Translations under genes and position numbers: made by a program
Source: Bugula neritina
Lineage: Eukaryota > Animalia > Bryozoa
Reading direction: 5' to 3'
Length of the DNA stretch: 64,000 bases
Assembly (NCBI GenBank): GCA_964035545.1
Contig: OZ037767.1
Location: 30,582,628 to 30,646,627, forward strand
Notes under the pieces: generated by a model
What the model was told of the DNA's origin: nothing
Database searches by the model: none
Seen by the model: only the letters and a program-made list of their open reading frames with translations
Shown: piece by piece, positions 35,537 to 51,349 of the stretch
How positions within the stretch are numbered: position 1 is the first letter of the stretch
Layout of the letters: each line of letters starts with the position of its first letter

Positions 35537-35733
35537 TGAAATTTTTACAAATTTATTTTGAAAACCAATAGTCAACTCGGAATAAAAAGATGTGAAATTT
35601 GATCAAGAGACATTGTTCAGAGATTGTAACTTATAATGCTGCTAGAGATTAGAAAAGCATTTGAATATGAAAATAAACGTTCACATTGCCAGAGCTAAGT
35701 GTGCACATGATATTATGTCATTAGGCAGCCGCT

Positions 35734-37019
<1,286 letters not shown>

Positions 37020-37074
37020 GTTGATGGTCTGTTAAAATAGACTAAAATAGTTTAGTGTTTGTAAGTTTTGATAA

Positions 37075-37106
37075 TTGCCTGTACGTACACTGACGCAGCA
37101 AGACAA
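37075..37106 (-). promoter_or_regulatory. Iron-responsive element (IRE) in the ferritin 5'UTR
   Basis: Minus strand reads TTGTCT-TGC-TGCGT-CAGTGT-ACGTA-C-AGGCAA: CAGUGN loop, 5-bp upper stem, UGC/C internal loop and 6-bp lower stem, about 55 nt upstream of the ATG. Confidence 0.96.
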
Positions 37107-37141
37107 AGCAAGGTAATGGTGTATTTTCAGCGGTTTACACA

Positions 37142-37148
37142 TTATATA
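37142..37148 (-). promoter_or_regulatory. Probable TATA box of the ferritin gene
   Basis: TATATAA on the minus strand about 35 nt upstream of the IRE, which would place the IRE near the cap as expected. Confidence 0.6.
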
Positions 37149-40100
37149 CTGTCAACGTTGAAATTAATGCGCGTCTATTTACGACACCTATGAATCTGCT
37201 ATATTCAACAAAAATAGCTTATTTATACATATTTATTTTTATTTACAAGCATAAACAAATTTATTTTAATTTCATCAGTACTTGAGCAATATTTTGGATA
37301 ATATTTTCAATAAGAGAGACAAATAAGCAGCGTCATGCACCCACTGAACTGAAACTATAATGCATGCACCGTTCAAAATAAACATATAATTATAGAGTTG
37401 TCTTTCCGATGTTTATACAATTTGCCTGAATATAAAACATGGAGTAAATAACTCCATAAAAATATGTTTAAACCCTTCAAGAAATTCTAAAGGCCAACAG
37501 TCACCATTATGTTAATGACATAAAAGCAAGCTACATATTTTCGAGAATTCTAATTCACAACTGCACATTCACCAATAAGTAGACATCAATTGCTTTACCA
37601 TTAGCCATGCACTTGTATCATCTGCCCCTTGATCACACTGATCACTCACCTCGTCAGTATTAATACTGACAATAAAAAGACAGAATACTGAACATCTCAG
37701 TATAGTCAGCTCTGTAACAAACAATAGAAGACAAATACATCAAAATACCAACAACTGTGCTTACAGGCATTAACATGGTAATGTAATAGGTGATTAGAAT
37801 GAGTAGATAAGCATATACTATAATATACATATTAATACAATGCAGTAGCTCTAATGGTTTGTGGGTTTTGGCTTTGATATTTCATGGAGGGTGTGTCGCA
37901 GGCATATAAGATCAAACTATTGTATGAAAGTGAGACTTTTGAATAACAACTTTTTCCAATTGTCTACACTGTTGTTAAACAGGGTGCTGTCAAGTTTAGA
38001 GATTTAAAGAAAAAACAACACCTTTAACCGCTGGGGATATGCAAAAATTGTTTCGCAGTTATATATTCATTCAGCCTCATGATTGTATTATATAAGTATT
38101 CGTTATGAATCAATATACAGTGCACTAGCTATACTAATATATTATAGTTGATATTACATATATTGTGTATGTTAGTCATCAACATTAAAAAATACTGGAC
38201 CCACTTGTGTACCAAGTATCTTGAGTCATTTTGCAATGAATTTACAAAATCCAGTAACAAAAACTCAAAGTGCTACAGCAAATCCAGTCGTTAATTTGTA
38301 TACTGTATTACATGTGATGAATGGTTGAAAAATCAGGTGAAAAGTAAACAAAGGTAGCCAACTATTTATTAAATGAACAATTATGGGAAATAGCTGCTTA
38401 AATTTGATAAATATAAAGCTATTGTTACCCAATTTGCTAGTGCTATAGTCAACTGTATGAGGGCTTTAATTATTTGAATGTGATGCACTTTCCTATATGT
38501 ATAAGTTATATTTCTGTAATGAGATATGTAACGAAATTGAGTCACGTACAAATAATGTAATAATATAATCAAGATATTATTATCATGTTGTTAATGATAC
38601 TTGGAGCTGGAGTTTGAACACAACTTTACAGCTGGATATCTTTCCAGGTATCGCGAATGTCAAGTGCTCTGTATACGTGATGATAGGCAGCTTAATTTAC
38701 TTCTCACTTCCAATCAATATTTACTTATTTAAAATATGACCACTTTATAAAGGTTAAAACACTTCAGTAAAATATAAAATGATTACTATTACATAATTAT
38801 ATACTTATTAAATATAAACATTAGCTAGGGATAAGGTAATTTCTGTGCTTAGTCTTAGTGAAGAAATTTTTTCACAATTTGAAATAAACAACTTGCTTTA
38901 TATTATTATATTTACATTTGCCACTAATAGATTTTGTAGTAATAATATAGAAAAAAATGTTGTATATAAATATACGATATGTAATACAGAAGAAACTATA
39001 AACTAATAAATTATGTATATAAATAATATTAGGGTGTAATAAAACTAGAAAATAAATTAACCACTTACATCAGGCTATATAATAATAAACATAAAAGTCA
39101 TTCAAATTCATGCAGTTTACACTTTTTTCAATTTGTATTATGATTCTTTAAAAATATATAATAATATAGCAAATATAAAAATATATTATAGTATGTTGCA
39201 TAACTATACACTATGTAAAAGAAATCCATGAAAATATATTTATCTATATTTTATTTATTGTACATGTTATCATTGAAGGAATATATTACAAAATCATTAC
39301 CCAATATTGGGTTGAGCAGTATAATTTATTATTATTTAATTTATCCAACATATTTTAACTAAGAATTGTACTGCATGCTTACCCATAGTTGAATATGCTG
39401 CTAGCTAGCACAGACATTAAGCACTAAATAACTTACATTATAACATTGACATCTAATGTTCACTATATCACATGTTGAGCTCAAGTGTCTAAGCCTATAT
39501 CTCTATGTATAACCTAGGGTCCACATGTTTAAGGTAGGGGTGTGCATATACTCCCCTTTTAATTGTAAAATGTCTATGTTGACTGACTCACAGTTGTAAA
39601 ATCTACTTGGAGAGTTGAAAAGCTCAAAGTATACACAGAAAACTTTGAAATTAAATAATCAATAATAGGTATTTTAAATAAATGTATATGTAAAAGCTTC
39701 ATCTGTATGTACATTAGTACTATACTATACTACATAAATGCAGTTTAATATATTATTACTATTGTATATTTTATTGTTTTTTTACTTCTGTAATCAGATT
39801 AATCCTTATAGACTTGCTTATCTCAAGCCAATCTTTATTCTGCATAATTCAAAGCTAGTATTTAATATTCCCATACAATGTTATGTTGTTTTATGTAGCA
39901 GAGTTTTATCAGATAAACTCAAAATAGCGCATAGCTAATGGCACATATAGCTGATTCTATGCATTAAACAGGATATGCGGTTACAATAATTATATTAAAA
40001 ATTATTATTTCGCATTGAAAAGCTTATATTGTAAAATAGTACAATAATTATTTTGTTTGATAATAAAATAACTTTAAATATTTTTAATAATAGAATATTT

Positions 40101-41389
40101 TATGTTAAAACTTGTTTTGAGTAAGAATAATGACTATAAATAAATAAAAGTCCTAAAATTTGTAGTTATATAATATAATATACTATTTATATTGTAGTTA
40201 TGTAATATAATATAATATTTACATTGTAGTTTTATATAATGTAATATAATCTATCATGCGTAGCGTATGAAGATTGTATTAATTATACTATATACACGTG
40301 TGCATTATACTAGCAGTATATGCATTATTATGTAACATAATATGTCGAAATGATAGTTATTTACCACCATTTGTCTTGTCTATAGCCTTAGATCATCACG
40401 TTGATTGTGTCACACAGTCAATTTACTGTGAGTTTTTAAAACTCATCATTTAATTTGACAAATCTAATATAAATGTTCCCTCATCAAACCAGTCAAGCAG
40501 ATTATTTCTTATTCAAGATATAACATGATTATTAGGAGTTACGATCTCTTTTGATAAAGAATTGCTATCAGCATTGCAATGTTGTAAAACCATTCCTCCT
40601 ATGCAAACCATTCAATGCTTAGTTAATCTGAGTTTGTTCACAAAAATGAATTATAAATAAAATATATATGAAATAAAATAATGCTTTATTTTATATAATA
40701 TATTCATTCATTTATTCCTTGTTATTGAGCAAATTATATTCAATGTTATCATGCATAGGTCAGAAAATACTATCACTAATTTAGTTGTTGCATAGAATAT
40801 CTTGGTAAATGTTAAATCTTTATGCCACTAGTCTATGCACTGGTACAATACAGTGCTATATATATAATATAAAATATGATTATGCATAATTTTATGATAG
40901 TAGCATTTATATCCTTATTATAAATGTGCCAATCATATTATTAATGCAATCCAGCAATTAGATAAAAATAGTGACATGCATGATCACTTCGAATATTATA
41001 ATCAAAGTCTCTAAGTACTGCTTTATAAGATGGGAGAAGAAAAGATAAAATAGAAAAGGATGATGAATGCTGAGTAATACTGCATTTTATTGCGAACATC
41101 ATGTACAGGTGTGTAGATGGAATGTGTGACACAGGTATGACATACATTGGTGTGCCATGTACTCTTTGGTTCTTATCTCTGGAATTAGAGTAAAGGCATG
41201 CAGTGAACACCTTCAACTGAGGTGTCAAATCTCAATGATGTAATCCTTACTTTGCTGGCCTAATGTTTATAAATAGACTTTCTAAATCTCTCGCGGTATA
41301 CTATTAATATACTTAATTTATAAAAATAAATAAATATAAAACATATATAGAGTAAAAAATTGCATGTTGCAGTATATAATATAATAATT

Positions 41390-44300
41390 TCAGTTGCTTC
41401 CACTACTGGTGCCATTGTTATTTGAGTCTTTATAATGGCTGAGTGTGACCCCAGATTTTCTCTGTCTACGTAATGAAAAGTAGTCCACACTCTTCTTGGG
41501 TGCCACCGGAGGTGCCGCTAAGGTGATACGGCGCTGGGGCTGGCGGGTGTCTTCGGGAGAGTCGAATATGATCTCTTCACCGATGAAGTGGTGAGTATCC
41601 TCGTCAGGAGAGGACGAGGATAGAGAAGTGGCTTCTGTGATCTTCCTAAACGTCACAGGGGAAAGTTTTGTAGTGTCTAAGTCTAAGGTTATTGTAGTCC
41701 TTTTACGGTCTCGATGGCGTGCTGCCTGTATCAATGCTGTTTCGCTGACTTCATATGGGATGGCTATAGGTAGAGTGGAGGACTTAGGTGTATGCTTTAT
41801 TGAGTGCTTTGGTGATCTCAAATTATAAGCTTTATATAAGCTTTCAAATACAGTTTTTACACTGTCGTAGGATTCCCGGGTAGACAACTCAAAGAAGTGT
41901 GTGCACTCGTGAACCTAAAATATAGCAGAAACTTTGAGTATTCAGACAGTAACTCTTCAGAAACAAATTAACAGCCTTTCAAGCAACTGGCTGCAGTAAC
42001 CAAAAAGTTGTAATAGCCCCAGTGTTTTCAACTTTAGAGTTTTGGTTGCAGTTGTTAGTCACTATTCCACTAGCAGTCAATATTTTTAAAACATTCTTTC
42101 AAAGTTACAGCTATATGACCTGTCTGTTGTTTAAAGAAATAATGGATCAGAGCTGAGATATGATTTGCTAATAACTAGAAGTGCACCAGCCTAACATGGT
42201 TCAATACCAATTGTAAACTAATACTAACGTTTAAGTTTGTTTATGCATTTCCGGCAACTATAGTGCAACTGTTTGGGATTGTACGGTTCACCACTGCAAC
42301 TAGAACTGAATTCATTCAGTAATATAAACTAGTTTAATGACAAAGCAAGAAAAAAAAGCAGAATAATTCTGAAATAATTAACTAACCTCTGCAAACACTC
42401 TCCCAGTCTCTTCTGTCACCATTCTCTCATGTTTCATGTCATTCTTGTTGCCAACCAGGGCCACCAGGAAACCGTTTGAACCACCACCACTGGTTACAGA
42501 TTTCTTTCTTTTCTTAGCGTATAAATTTATCAGACATTTGGAGGCTACAACCAAACCAGTTTATCAGATAATTTTAATTTTGTTCTACTGACTGCTACAA
42601 TGGTTAAATTCTTCACAGTATATAACAGTAGTAACATACCTACTAACGCAGAAAGACTAGCTGCGTCTGTTATAGAATATACAAGTATATATGCATCTGC
42701 CCATTTGATCTTTTCTTCCAACTTTTCACTTTCAGCAGTCTGGCAAAAATTCCAAAACTGTTTTAAGAACTCTGTTATGCCACAGAAATAAATTATAACA
42801 TGCTTTATCTTGTTAAAATATCTAAACCAGGGGTGTCCAACCTTTTCAAACCGAGGGCCACAGAAATGAAATATTTCATGGTGAGGGCCGCATTGTAGGC
42901 TTCAGCTTGTGCTGGGGGGCCACAGCATCAGTATTTTTCAAACTACTTTATTCCAAAACTTCATGAATCATTACACAATTAAGTCTCAATAGTTACTGCC
43001 AGCTGCATTTTTGTGTTATTTGTATAAATAAGGCATTTAAAAGGTGGCTTTTCACTTTAATTCATGTGAACATTAAAAAATTATTTTAGCTTTATGCCTT
43101 CGAGGGCCACATAAATGTAGGCTGGGGGCCACATCCGGCCCTAGGGCCGCCTGTTGGACAGCCCTGATCTAAACCATCATTTTATTTTATACATATTATT
43201 TGAATGAGCTATTATATTATATGCTAATAGTATTTTATATTATATTATATATATTGCTATTATACTATTTATCATATATACCATTTTATGGCATCAGTAT
43301 TATAGTATATATTATTAATCTATAATATAATCATGTATATTATTGTACTACGTAATATGTATATACTATGCTAATATAACAAAAAGCATAAGTTTATATA
43401 TAATAGGGCAGCTGCTACTTCAGATCAGACTGTTAATGATATCAACACATTAAAAATACAAGTTTTTCATTCTGATCAACATGTACTTGGCTAATCTATA
43501 CGCAGAGCTTTATTGGGTAACTTAACAGCTGTTATATTATACTCTTTTACTTGCATTTAATATAGCATGCAAAACGATATAGCCTGTGTTACTACCTGCA
43601 GTGCGGCTGTGTCCCACACCTCTACATTCACAGATTCTTCATCAATGTTAGAAACAAAGCTAACCCGACTCTCCATATTAGGGGCATAGTCATGTATGAA
43701 CTTTCTGGTCTTAGCCCTCACTGTCAGAGCTGTAAATATTTATTATACATGAGGCAATATTCACAAAGCATTGTTGCTCCAAAAAAGTTTCATAATTTCT
43801 GTTTATATCTGTTGGAGGTTGACAGACGTTAGTCAACAGAAGATGTAATCTATACCATAGGGTGGGGGGGGGGGGGGGTGTCGTTTCAGCTCTTAGAAAA
43901 CAACATATTTTGGCTAAGCTCATCAGTCTATGTGTCTTGAAGATTCCTTTCTAATGACAGCTTCCTTAAACTCTCTGATAAGATTTCACAAGTTTAACGA
44001 CACTAATAAAATGGTGATAAGAATCTCTGCAATGCGGTAAACCTTTAGGTATAGACCTAAGACTAAGGCAATGCAACACCTTCTTATCACAGCAGGTTGA
44101 ACTACTAATATCTAACAATAACAAGCTCCTTACAGCCAAACAAAGTCTAAGTCTAACTTCTAGACTACAGAACTGAGGGCTATGGCAACTGCAGTGATGA
44201 ACTGAGGGCTATGTCACGGTGTAATGATGCTTATGGTAGGTCAAGGGCTTGCTCTACGTTATCTTACACCATGAATCAATTGCAAGAAAGACTCGAGGGC

Positions 44301-45452
44301 CAATATATTACACTGAAGGGCTTTTGAAATCAATTGTTTTATCTTTATTAGAGTCAACAGAGCTCTTACTTTACATTTCGAAATACAACTTCACAGACAA
44401 TTTAACAGAAAATGAGCTGAATGGTAGACAAAAACAATAAGGATGATAATGATTAAATAAAGTATAATTCCATGTTAAAGTGATAGTCATGTAAATGCAA
44501 TAGCATATATTTTAAATGATCTTAGTCATCTAAAGATAGTTGACATACTAGCTGATATCCCCTAATACTTGTATTGCCACGTTAACTAAATGGGTGTGAA
44601 CATTAAATATTGTAGTATTATATCATTTGTAAAGTTGAATAAACATAATTATATTGTTATAATATAAAACTTTAATTAATAAGTTTTTATCTCTCAAGCC
44701 CCAAGTATTGCTGTTGATTAAATATACAATTCAATTTTATAAGGTTCCATATTTTTTTATGTTCTAGTGCAATGAACTGCAAAATATTGAAATATTGGCT
44801 AGTAACCAAATTTTCTCTGTTAAATACTGACTCCATTTAAAATATTTATAGATGCCATTCTGTAAATATTTACTATTAAAGATTGCCAAGTGATAACAAA
44901 CAATATAAAAATAGCTTATCACAGTACACCAATGAGTTGGTAAGAATATTACAGTAGTAAAGTGGCTGGTTGAAGCTCTCACAAGCTTTATACATGCTCT
45001 AACAGCTCAGTGGTGTCAAGATTCAAATCTCATATCATATATTGTGAGTCTTTTTATGAGAATAGCATAAATTCCTTAAAACAAAACATTTTCAGATTGC
45101 TGATTTACAGCTCAAATAGATATAAATTGTGAGTTAATAATTTACAATGACCGGAGAAGTTTAGTCGTTTTTTAGTTTTAAACATTTAAATTATTGCCAA
45201 ATAAAATTTGATCAATTGAAAGTGTTGAAGCTTTGTTTAATCTCTAACACATCTAGCATAGGGTTAAACTTTTAAAACTTGAATATTTATATCTAAATAT
45301 ATATATAATAATAATGTGTATTTTTATATATAATATATTGGTACATAACACCCAATTATGTGTATTCACTCACCACTTTTCCCAACGCCTGCTGCTCCAA
45401 CTACAACCACCTTAAAGGATTTTTTCTCACTTCGATTAGATACCCTCTTCAT
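41390..45452 (-). CDS. RERG/RASL11/RASL12-like small GTPase with a long C-terminal extension, about 331 aa
   Basis: Exons on the minus strand: 45452-45374, 43729-43596, 42739-42640, 42544-42387, 41914-41390, all splicing in frame. Motifs: G1 GAAGVGKS, ALTVR..RKFIHDYAPNME, G3 WDTAA, IKWADAYILVYSITD, G4 VGNKND, G5 FFELST. No CAAX box. Confidence 0.9.
42828..43166. mobile_element. Non-autonomous hAT (Charlie/Buster-type) MITE, 339 bp, in a GTPase intron
   Basis: TIRs CAGGGGTGTCCAAC and GTTGGACAGCCCTG (13/14 match). Perfect 8-bp TSD ATCTAAAC at 42820-42827 and 43167-43174. Subterminal GGGCCAC/GGGCCGC repeats at both ends. Confidence 0.93.
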
Positions 45453-48400
45453 TATAGAGTTGGACCTCATCAAGTCCTACAACCAAATGGAGTAAACGTG
45501 AAGCACCAATTGATGGCAGCTATCACTTGCAGTAAGTGTTGATAGTCTGTCATGCCACTAGATGTAAATATTGCTGATAAGGGGTCTGATGAATGCTTCC
45601 TTTCAACACATCATCCAATCATTGCTCTTTTTAGAACCAGCTGTCCTATCAGCTTTGTGCTTTTATTCAAATGTTTGGTCATTATTCATTAACTATCTAT
45701 TTGATTATAGTCATGTTTATTTACAAACTTCCCATCAACGTGAATAAATGCCAGGGAAAGAAAGAAATGTTGATTAATTTGCATAAAACAGATATGATGT
45801 GTCTTTACATAATGCAGCTAATATAGTATGCAATATAAACAATTAGATATTTCATGTAAACTAAGCTATGATGATATAATAGATTCAGCTGTTTGTTTAA
45901 GAAATATCTCTTTCAGTCTACTCATGAGCTCCTCAATTACTTACATAATAGTAATGCTTTCACTAGTGTATAACAATGGTCTATATATTATTGTGATGTG
46001 TGAAATATTAGAGCATTCACTATGCTTAATAGTATAAATTATCTAATATCCAGATATATTTTGATTATTTTGCAGTTGGCTGTGTTTATTACATTTATAA
46101 ATTATTGTTAAATTAATCCCAAAACTAGATGCATGCATCACTCAATCACTAGAGTTCTTAGTTATGCATGGTTCATGTGTCTAGCAAGAATATTTAGTCA
46201 TGTTTGATCTATCAAATATCTTTTTTGTAAAAATGAAATTGCTTTTAAAGAATGTTCTAGAAAGTAGAAATATACTCACATCATTTTTTCCTAAAAAAGA
46301 CTTCCTCCGAATAGACATTATAGGCTAAAGCAAGACAAAGGACAGGATCAGGGAAGGCAGGCTATGTCTTCTTCACTTCACACTGAGTGGACTTTAAACC
46401 ATTCTAACAAAAAGCATGTACAATATTATATTGTTTATAAAATTATTGTTGGCAAAGTGTTTGGGCCTTGAAAACAGTCATATGCAGTAGGAAAAGGTTA
46501 ACAATATAATATAACTAGTAAGGTAAACACTCTGCTTTGGGATAGATAACAGTTGATTAAAGTCAAGTGCTAAACACAAGTAAATCTAAACTTATATAAC
46601 ATGTCAACATCAAATGATATCCCAAGTTAATTTAGGCATACATCAGTTTAAATGTATATGTATATATAAGATCTAGCTAGAAGTACACTAACATGAAATA
46701 CCAGCTAGTTGAATAAAGTTGACCTAAGTTTAATTTATACGAAAGCTTTAAGCTCTAGTTATGAAGCTTCCTGCTGGTTTTTTTTACGAAAATTTTCAAC
46801 AAACTGCACAACAGCTGTACAAAAATTTAATTGAAATAAAGAATTTGACTATATAATTACAAGCGTAATAGCAGCTGTTCACTTTACCTACTTACCAGTA
46901 TTGGTATAGTTTTACAAGAATAACCAGCCACCTGTGGTGAAGCCTTGATGGACCTTAACTGAACACTCTTATCAATACAGTACAACACAATGATGTGAAT
47001 GAATGGTGGATATGAGAGACTTTGGGCACTGTCCTGAGTAAAATCCTTTAGTGTAGTGACCACTACCAAATACCACCTGGCTACACAACCTTGAGTGTAT
47101 CAATTGCATGCTAAAGAGCAATTTTTAAGGCCCCATTGAATACGTATCAATTATATATTTAGTAACAAAGTGACTGAAGTTGGTGGAAACCGCATAAGAG
47201 ATTGACCTATATAGCAAAAAACTGGGCAACACGTGATTTGACTTCAGAAATTCACTTATAAGTAGTTAACTTTCACGTAGTTTTGGTTTTATCAGATTTA
47301 ATTGACAATTCTACTTGAACATTACTTTAAAGTTAGAATGCTTTTTTATGTTTTCAGTGATTACCATCAGCATATTATTTTCTAAATTGCTGTATGACAT
47401 TGGAAAAATCAATGCAGATAACATCTGAAATTAGCCATGAGTTTAGTAGGCTATATATCAATTCTACATTATTGAATTGCTAGTAAACTGTAACTTTATA
47501 TTCGTTGTGCATCTCACTGGCCTATATAATACATAGCTGTGCCTAAACCCTAATACACGCCATAGAAGCAGGTAATGCTTGAGGAACGCTTTTTTATCAC
47601 TCATTTTGCTTCATCTAATGTGAAGGCCTCACTGGCTAGCAGGTTAAATTATTTTAGACACAAACCAAGTATTTCTACACACAATGTATTACTACACTAA
47701 GTAAGACAAAGTACACAACCAGAATGGATTTCCTACAAGTCATGATCAACTTTGTAGAATTTGATAATTATGGGAAGACAAATACCATACAATGTGCAGT
47801 AGTGCCGAGTTCAAATAGATCATTGCGGAACCTGTGTATATTTCTAGGGCATGGAGTTGGAGCCCCCCCTCCCCACTCGTATTGGTACATGAGTAGCATT
47901 CTGGTATCATGCTGCACATGTATTAAATACTTCATTACTTGATACTAGTTGATATTTATATTATATTATATTATGTAAGAAGAGCATAAAACATGCAATA
48001 CAGTGCTTAAAACAATTGAATAATAAAAATAAATTATTACATTTAAATTAGCAAAACATAAGACAAAGCAAAATTACATTGAAATTTAAACTCAGTTTAA
48101 AATACCGTTGAACAATCATCTTAGACATAAAATCATGTATATGCAGCAAGAAACAGTGTATGTACATAGTAATTCTAAAAGCTAAGATCAGCGCTGAAAA
48201 CATCATATAAAAATAGTGACATCTGATTACGGCAGAGAAAAGTCAAAGTAATAACTTGGATTAAATATACAGAAATACACATGAATAGATAACACCCTGA
48301 ATCAGTATTCACTGTAGACACTAACACTATGCTATAAATACTCATCTTAATGGAGAGGGCACAAGAAGAAGGGAAGAAAACTCCTAAATTAGGAGAGAAT

Positions 48401-48730
48401 GTTTCTTAAATATTTTAAATCAATGAATAATAATTTTAGTTGTTTAAAGTTGAACTATTTGAAGTAACTAAGCAGCCTGGCAGAATATCAAATGGAGAGT
48501 GTGAAGTCACTTTGGAGATGATTATATAACCTGAGTACATTAAGATATTAAGACAGCACAAATAAAGAATTAGAATCATTACACAATAACACACAGCACC
48601 TACAACTGTCTTACATTTCACTTTCAACAATTGCACAAAATACACTGCAAGAGCTTTTTAAGAATTGGGAAATATTAGCCTATACTGTACAAAGAAACAT
48701 AGAGTTCGTGTAAGCTCAATGCTGATTGGC

Positions 48731-51213
48731 TCATTCAACGCCGTGTGCGAATATCATCACTAGACCGGGTTCCATAATCATGTCGTCAGCCACATGCTGG
48801 TTCTCACAGGCCATCACTATCACCGCCTGCAAATAAGAGTTGGTAAGATAACTCCAGAGTATGGAATAGTCACACAGCACACTTATATATATTATCAGTA
48901 GATTGGTTGAGCATCAGTTTATGTTGGGTTACATAGTTGTACTTAGATAGCAGATATATTTTAACTAAACTGTTGATTCACAAAGCAGGAAGCTCACAAA
49001 ACATGAAACATAAACAGAAAGAGGTGCACTATTTCTAAACTCAAGTCCAACTAACACCAAGCGAGACTCCCAGACCAAACAATGGCGTCACGTTGAGCTG
49101 TTACCTGTTTGCCGGGAATACGTTTAGTCACGTAGTTCTCGTACTGTCTGCGGTGAAGCTGTCGAGTTTCCAGAGTGCAGAGGCCCGGCGGCCATCTTCT
49201 CTCGTGGGCGTTCTCCATCAGCTCTTGTATGATGTGGTCGGGACAGCCGGAGTCGATGAGAGCTCGTTTGATGACAGCCTGCAGCACGGCGTCAGGGGTG
49301 GATATCATACCACCCCACCTTCAACACAGACACAAAGAACTAGAGCTACAAGCTCAGGGAAGTGAGCTACTGTTAATGCAGCTACATTGGTAGTCATGGT
49401 TACCTGGTCACTCGAGCTGGCTGTAGAGTCGACACCCATCTGAGTATCTCATCATTCTCTACGTCTGCGTGAATCTCGCGAATCCGTGGGTTGCTGTTTC
49501 TCATTGCCCGCATGAACTCTTTCAGCATTCGAATCTAAAGGTGATAGACAAAATGTACTTACAATATGAGATGAACAAGTATTTACAGTCAGATGAGCAA
49601 GACAATGCGATTTGCTAGTGGGAGAGGAGGAGGGTGCAGAGGAAGGGGAGAGAAGGGGATAGAGGAGGGGGAAGGAAGGCGTAGAGGGAGAGAGAGGAGG
49701 GGGAGAAAAAAGAGGGAGGGGAGGGGGAGAGGAGGGGATAGAGGGGGGATAGAGGAAGGGGGAGGAGAGGGAGAGAGAGGAGGGTGTAGAAGAGGGAGGG
49801 AGGGGGGTAGAGGAGGGAGAGAGGGGAGAGGAGGCGGAGAGGGGACAGGGGGAGGAGGGGGTAGAGGAGGGAGAGGGGGAGAGGAAGGAAGGCATAGAGG
49901 GAGAGAGAGGAGGGAGAGAGGGGAGAGGAGGGTAGAGGAGGCGGAGAGGGGACAGGGGAGAAAAGGAGAATACATAATATATACTAACCTCCCTGTCTTG
50001 GTCTTTCAGTTGGTTTTTGAGGTCGGTGACCTGTATTTGGACGTTGGTTAGTTTATTATTACTGGCTTGTAATGCAGATCTCAATTCTTTGACACAATTG
50101 TGTGTGCTTAATTCATCCTAACGGAAGTACAGCACAGCATATATAATATGCACATATAGCATACATTATACACGGTAGGAAAAAGACAATGTTAACAACC
50201 TGAGGGAGAAGTTACACCTTATTTAATCCGAGATCTTTGAACTAAGAATTTGTCATTATTGACATTTTGCAATAAATAATCATGCGCTACACCAGCATAC
50301 ACCTTAAGATTGCATATTATATTTTCATTAATTTTAATAAATTACCATTTAATTTGCACTTCAACAGAGTAGAAGTTACATCATAACACAGGAAATGCCA
50401 TAAGGCTTAGCGACGGATGATTAGAATAAAATAGTGCATTCAGGAGATACCTTTGGTATTGTAGAGCCACAGCCCAGCTCACAGGAAACAGGCTTCTTAG
50501 GATTGAATTCGCACTCATTGAGATGAGATGCTAAACTGTCTAGTTTTATACTCGCTGTGCAGCCCTGAGCGGCATTCTCGCACTTGATAGTTAACCGAGC
50601 TAGTAGATTCCTTAATATCCGTGGAACAGGCTGCAAACATGACAACAACATACTGCACTAGGATTATCACTTTCCATGCAATGCTGGGACTAATTGATAA
50701 AATCAACATCAAAAGGAATAGTTCAAAATATTTCCTAATCCTATGAATCACCAGAATATTTCCTTAAGGCAGTTTATATAAACAAAATTCTGGAAGTCAA
50801 GGAATGCTTGTGGTCACATTCAGACACTACTAGCTCATAAAGTAACAAGACCTGCACTCCAACTAATAAAACAAATTACAAAATACTACGGAGATCATAA
50901 TTTTAGTTTAGAAATTCAAAATATTTGATAAATCTTGTTTTAAGAAGTTGAGGATTTTCATCCTTTTTAAAATTTTGTAAATTCATAACAAATATCAATA
51001 TTGACCTAGACTGACCTTGAGATCTGCCGGACTAATGGCAGCCCTATCTACAGGACAGGTGGGCTGCCTAGTCAGCCACTCATTGATACAGGCAGCACAG
51101 AAGGCGTGCTCACACTGGGGGGCTTGCAGGGGCTCTTCTAGTACACAACTACATATTGTACACATCAACTCTTCATCTACATCTCCCTCAAATCTGTTCA
51201 GATCAAACCCCAT
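48731..51213 (-). CDS. RNF41: E3 ubiquitin ligase NRDP1, 315 aa
   Basis: Exons on the minus strand: 51213-51016, 50630-50451, 50117-49989, 49534-49404, 49318-49105, 48826-48731 (TGA). RING region MGFDLNRFEGDVDEELMCTICSCVLEEP...CEHAFC...CPVDR; PVPRILRNLL; USP8-interacting domain ARVTRWGGMISTPD...ENAHERRWPPGL...EPGLVMIFAHGVE. Confidence 0.98.
49620..49965. repeat. GA-rich low-complexity tract (polypyrimidine on the RNF41 sense strand) just after an exon donor
   Basis: Nearly pure G/A on the plus strand. Confidence 0.9.
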
Positions 51214-51349
51214 GACCACCAAGTATTCTCATATATACAGTGAGTGACCTCCAACTCGTTGGCCTTGACCTGTCTACAAGTGAATCCGGCCTATAAGTTA
51301 AACCATGTATACCCCATACCACTCTAATGTATACGTCTCTAATGTATAC

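Noticed and set aside
49452-50084. Pro/Ser/Leu-rich and Gly/Arg/Glu-rich ORFs of 128-210 aa
   Set aside because: Artefacts of a GA-rich intronic tract; only 49989-50117 and 49404-49534 are RNF41 exons.
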